Shown here: in pieces, positions 29,592-30,159 of the stretch
Position numbering within the stretch: the stretch's first letter is position 1
Layout of the letters: the number at the start of each line of letters is the position of its first letter
Assembly (NCBI GenBank): GCA_036170655.1
Contig: JAVHPP010000145.1
Location: forward strand, 1 to 30,159
Origin: Candidatus Zixiibacteriota bacterium
Lineage (GTDB): Bacteria > Zixibacteria > MSB-5A5 > WJJR01
Length of the DNA: 30,159 nt
Direction of reading: 5' to 3'
Made by a program: the position numbers and the translations under genes
Notes under the pieces: generated by a model
The model's input: the letters and a program-made list of their open reading frames with translations, nothing else
Databases searched by the model: none
Told to the model about the DNA's origin: nothing

Positions 29592-30159
29592 ATGCGAAAT
29601 GCTGTCCTATACAGCCTGGTGACAATCCTGATTGTCGGGGGACACGTGTACGCGGGAGTGGTCAACCCAGATATCTCTGTTGTCGGCCAGCCTTTTCTTC
29701 GCGTGACCGACGACAAACAAGACCAAAACTCAAAGCGCGTGCGGCTCGATGCAGGCGAGACCGAGTTCCTTTTCGATGCGTATCTGAACCCCTATGCCCG
29801 GGGAATCTTCATCCTCTCTTTGGGGACGGGGGGAATCAACTTGGAAGAGGGATATTTCACGATCCTGAGGGGACTGCCCGGTGGTCTAAACGTGAAAGGC
29901 GGGAAGTACCGTGTCGGCTTCGGCAAACTTAATCCTGCTCATCCCCACGCCAATCCGTTTGCGGAACCGTTCCGCGTGCTCGGCACCTACCTGCCGGGCA
30001 ACGAGTCCTTCAACGAGACGGGGATTTCTCTCTCAGGACGGATTCCAATGCCGGGGGACATGTCCCTGATGGCCTCCATGGACGTGCTGCAAGGCGACTC
30101 ATTCCGCAGAGTTCGTACGGTCGACAGCGCGTCGGTGGCTGCGGGCAACCCGCTCAACC
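29592..30159 (+). CDS. Putative outer-membrane beta-barrel protein of the 'NPDISV' type (often annotated zinc-regulated receptor); truncated by window end
   Basis: Translated by hand: MRNAVLYSLVTILIVGGHVYA-GVVNPDISVVG...AYLNPYARG...LEEGYF...KGGKYRVGFGKLNPAHPH; open to the window edge; GAGGG SD. Confidence 0.8.
   Translation, partial: MRNAVLYSLVTILIVGGHVYAGVVNPDISVVGQPFLRVTDDKQDQNSKRVRLDAGETEFLFDAYLNPYARGIFILSLGTGGINLEEGYFTILRGLPGGLNVKGGKYRVGFGKLNPAHPHANPFAEPFRVLGTYLPGNESFNETGISLSGRIPMPGDMSLMASMDVLQGDSFRRVRTVDSASVAAGNPLN

Overview
This is a GC-rich bacterial chromosomal window with most genes on the minus strand. A secreted protein with a C-terminal 'QNYPNPFNPST' Ig-like domain suggests an FCB-associated lineage such as candidate division Zixibacteria (inference only). 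Left part: a CBM48 protein, a divergent RRM RNA-binding gene and a cold-shock gene. The long cold-shock 5' leader has an orphan second copy on the opposite strand, with a compensatory stem change. Next come a MacAB-like ABC exporter, two lipoproteins and an OmpR/BaeS-type two-component system. These are followed by an unannotated 37-aa basic ORF, a repeat-containing secreted protein and typA. Right part: a ~9.4-kb operon behind a candidate sigma-54 promoter. It encodes a pseudo-receiver protein, four multiheme cytochromes (18 CxxCH), a Qrc/ACIII-like core (molybdopterin-fold, 4Fe-4S and NrfD subunits) and an orphan LivJ-like binding protein. Directly upstream are an NtrC-type activator and a histidine kinase with two periplasmic CxxCH motifs. 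The window ends with a His/CxxC/RAPP leader ORF in front of a truncated putative metal-uptake outer-membrane protein. Two short palindromic REP/MITE-like elements are present. No rRNA, tRNA, CRISPR array or transposase was seen.
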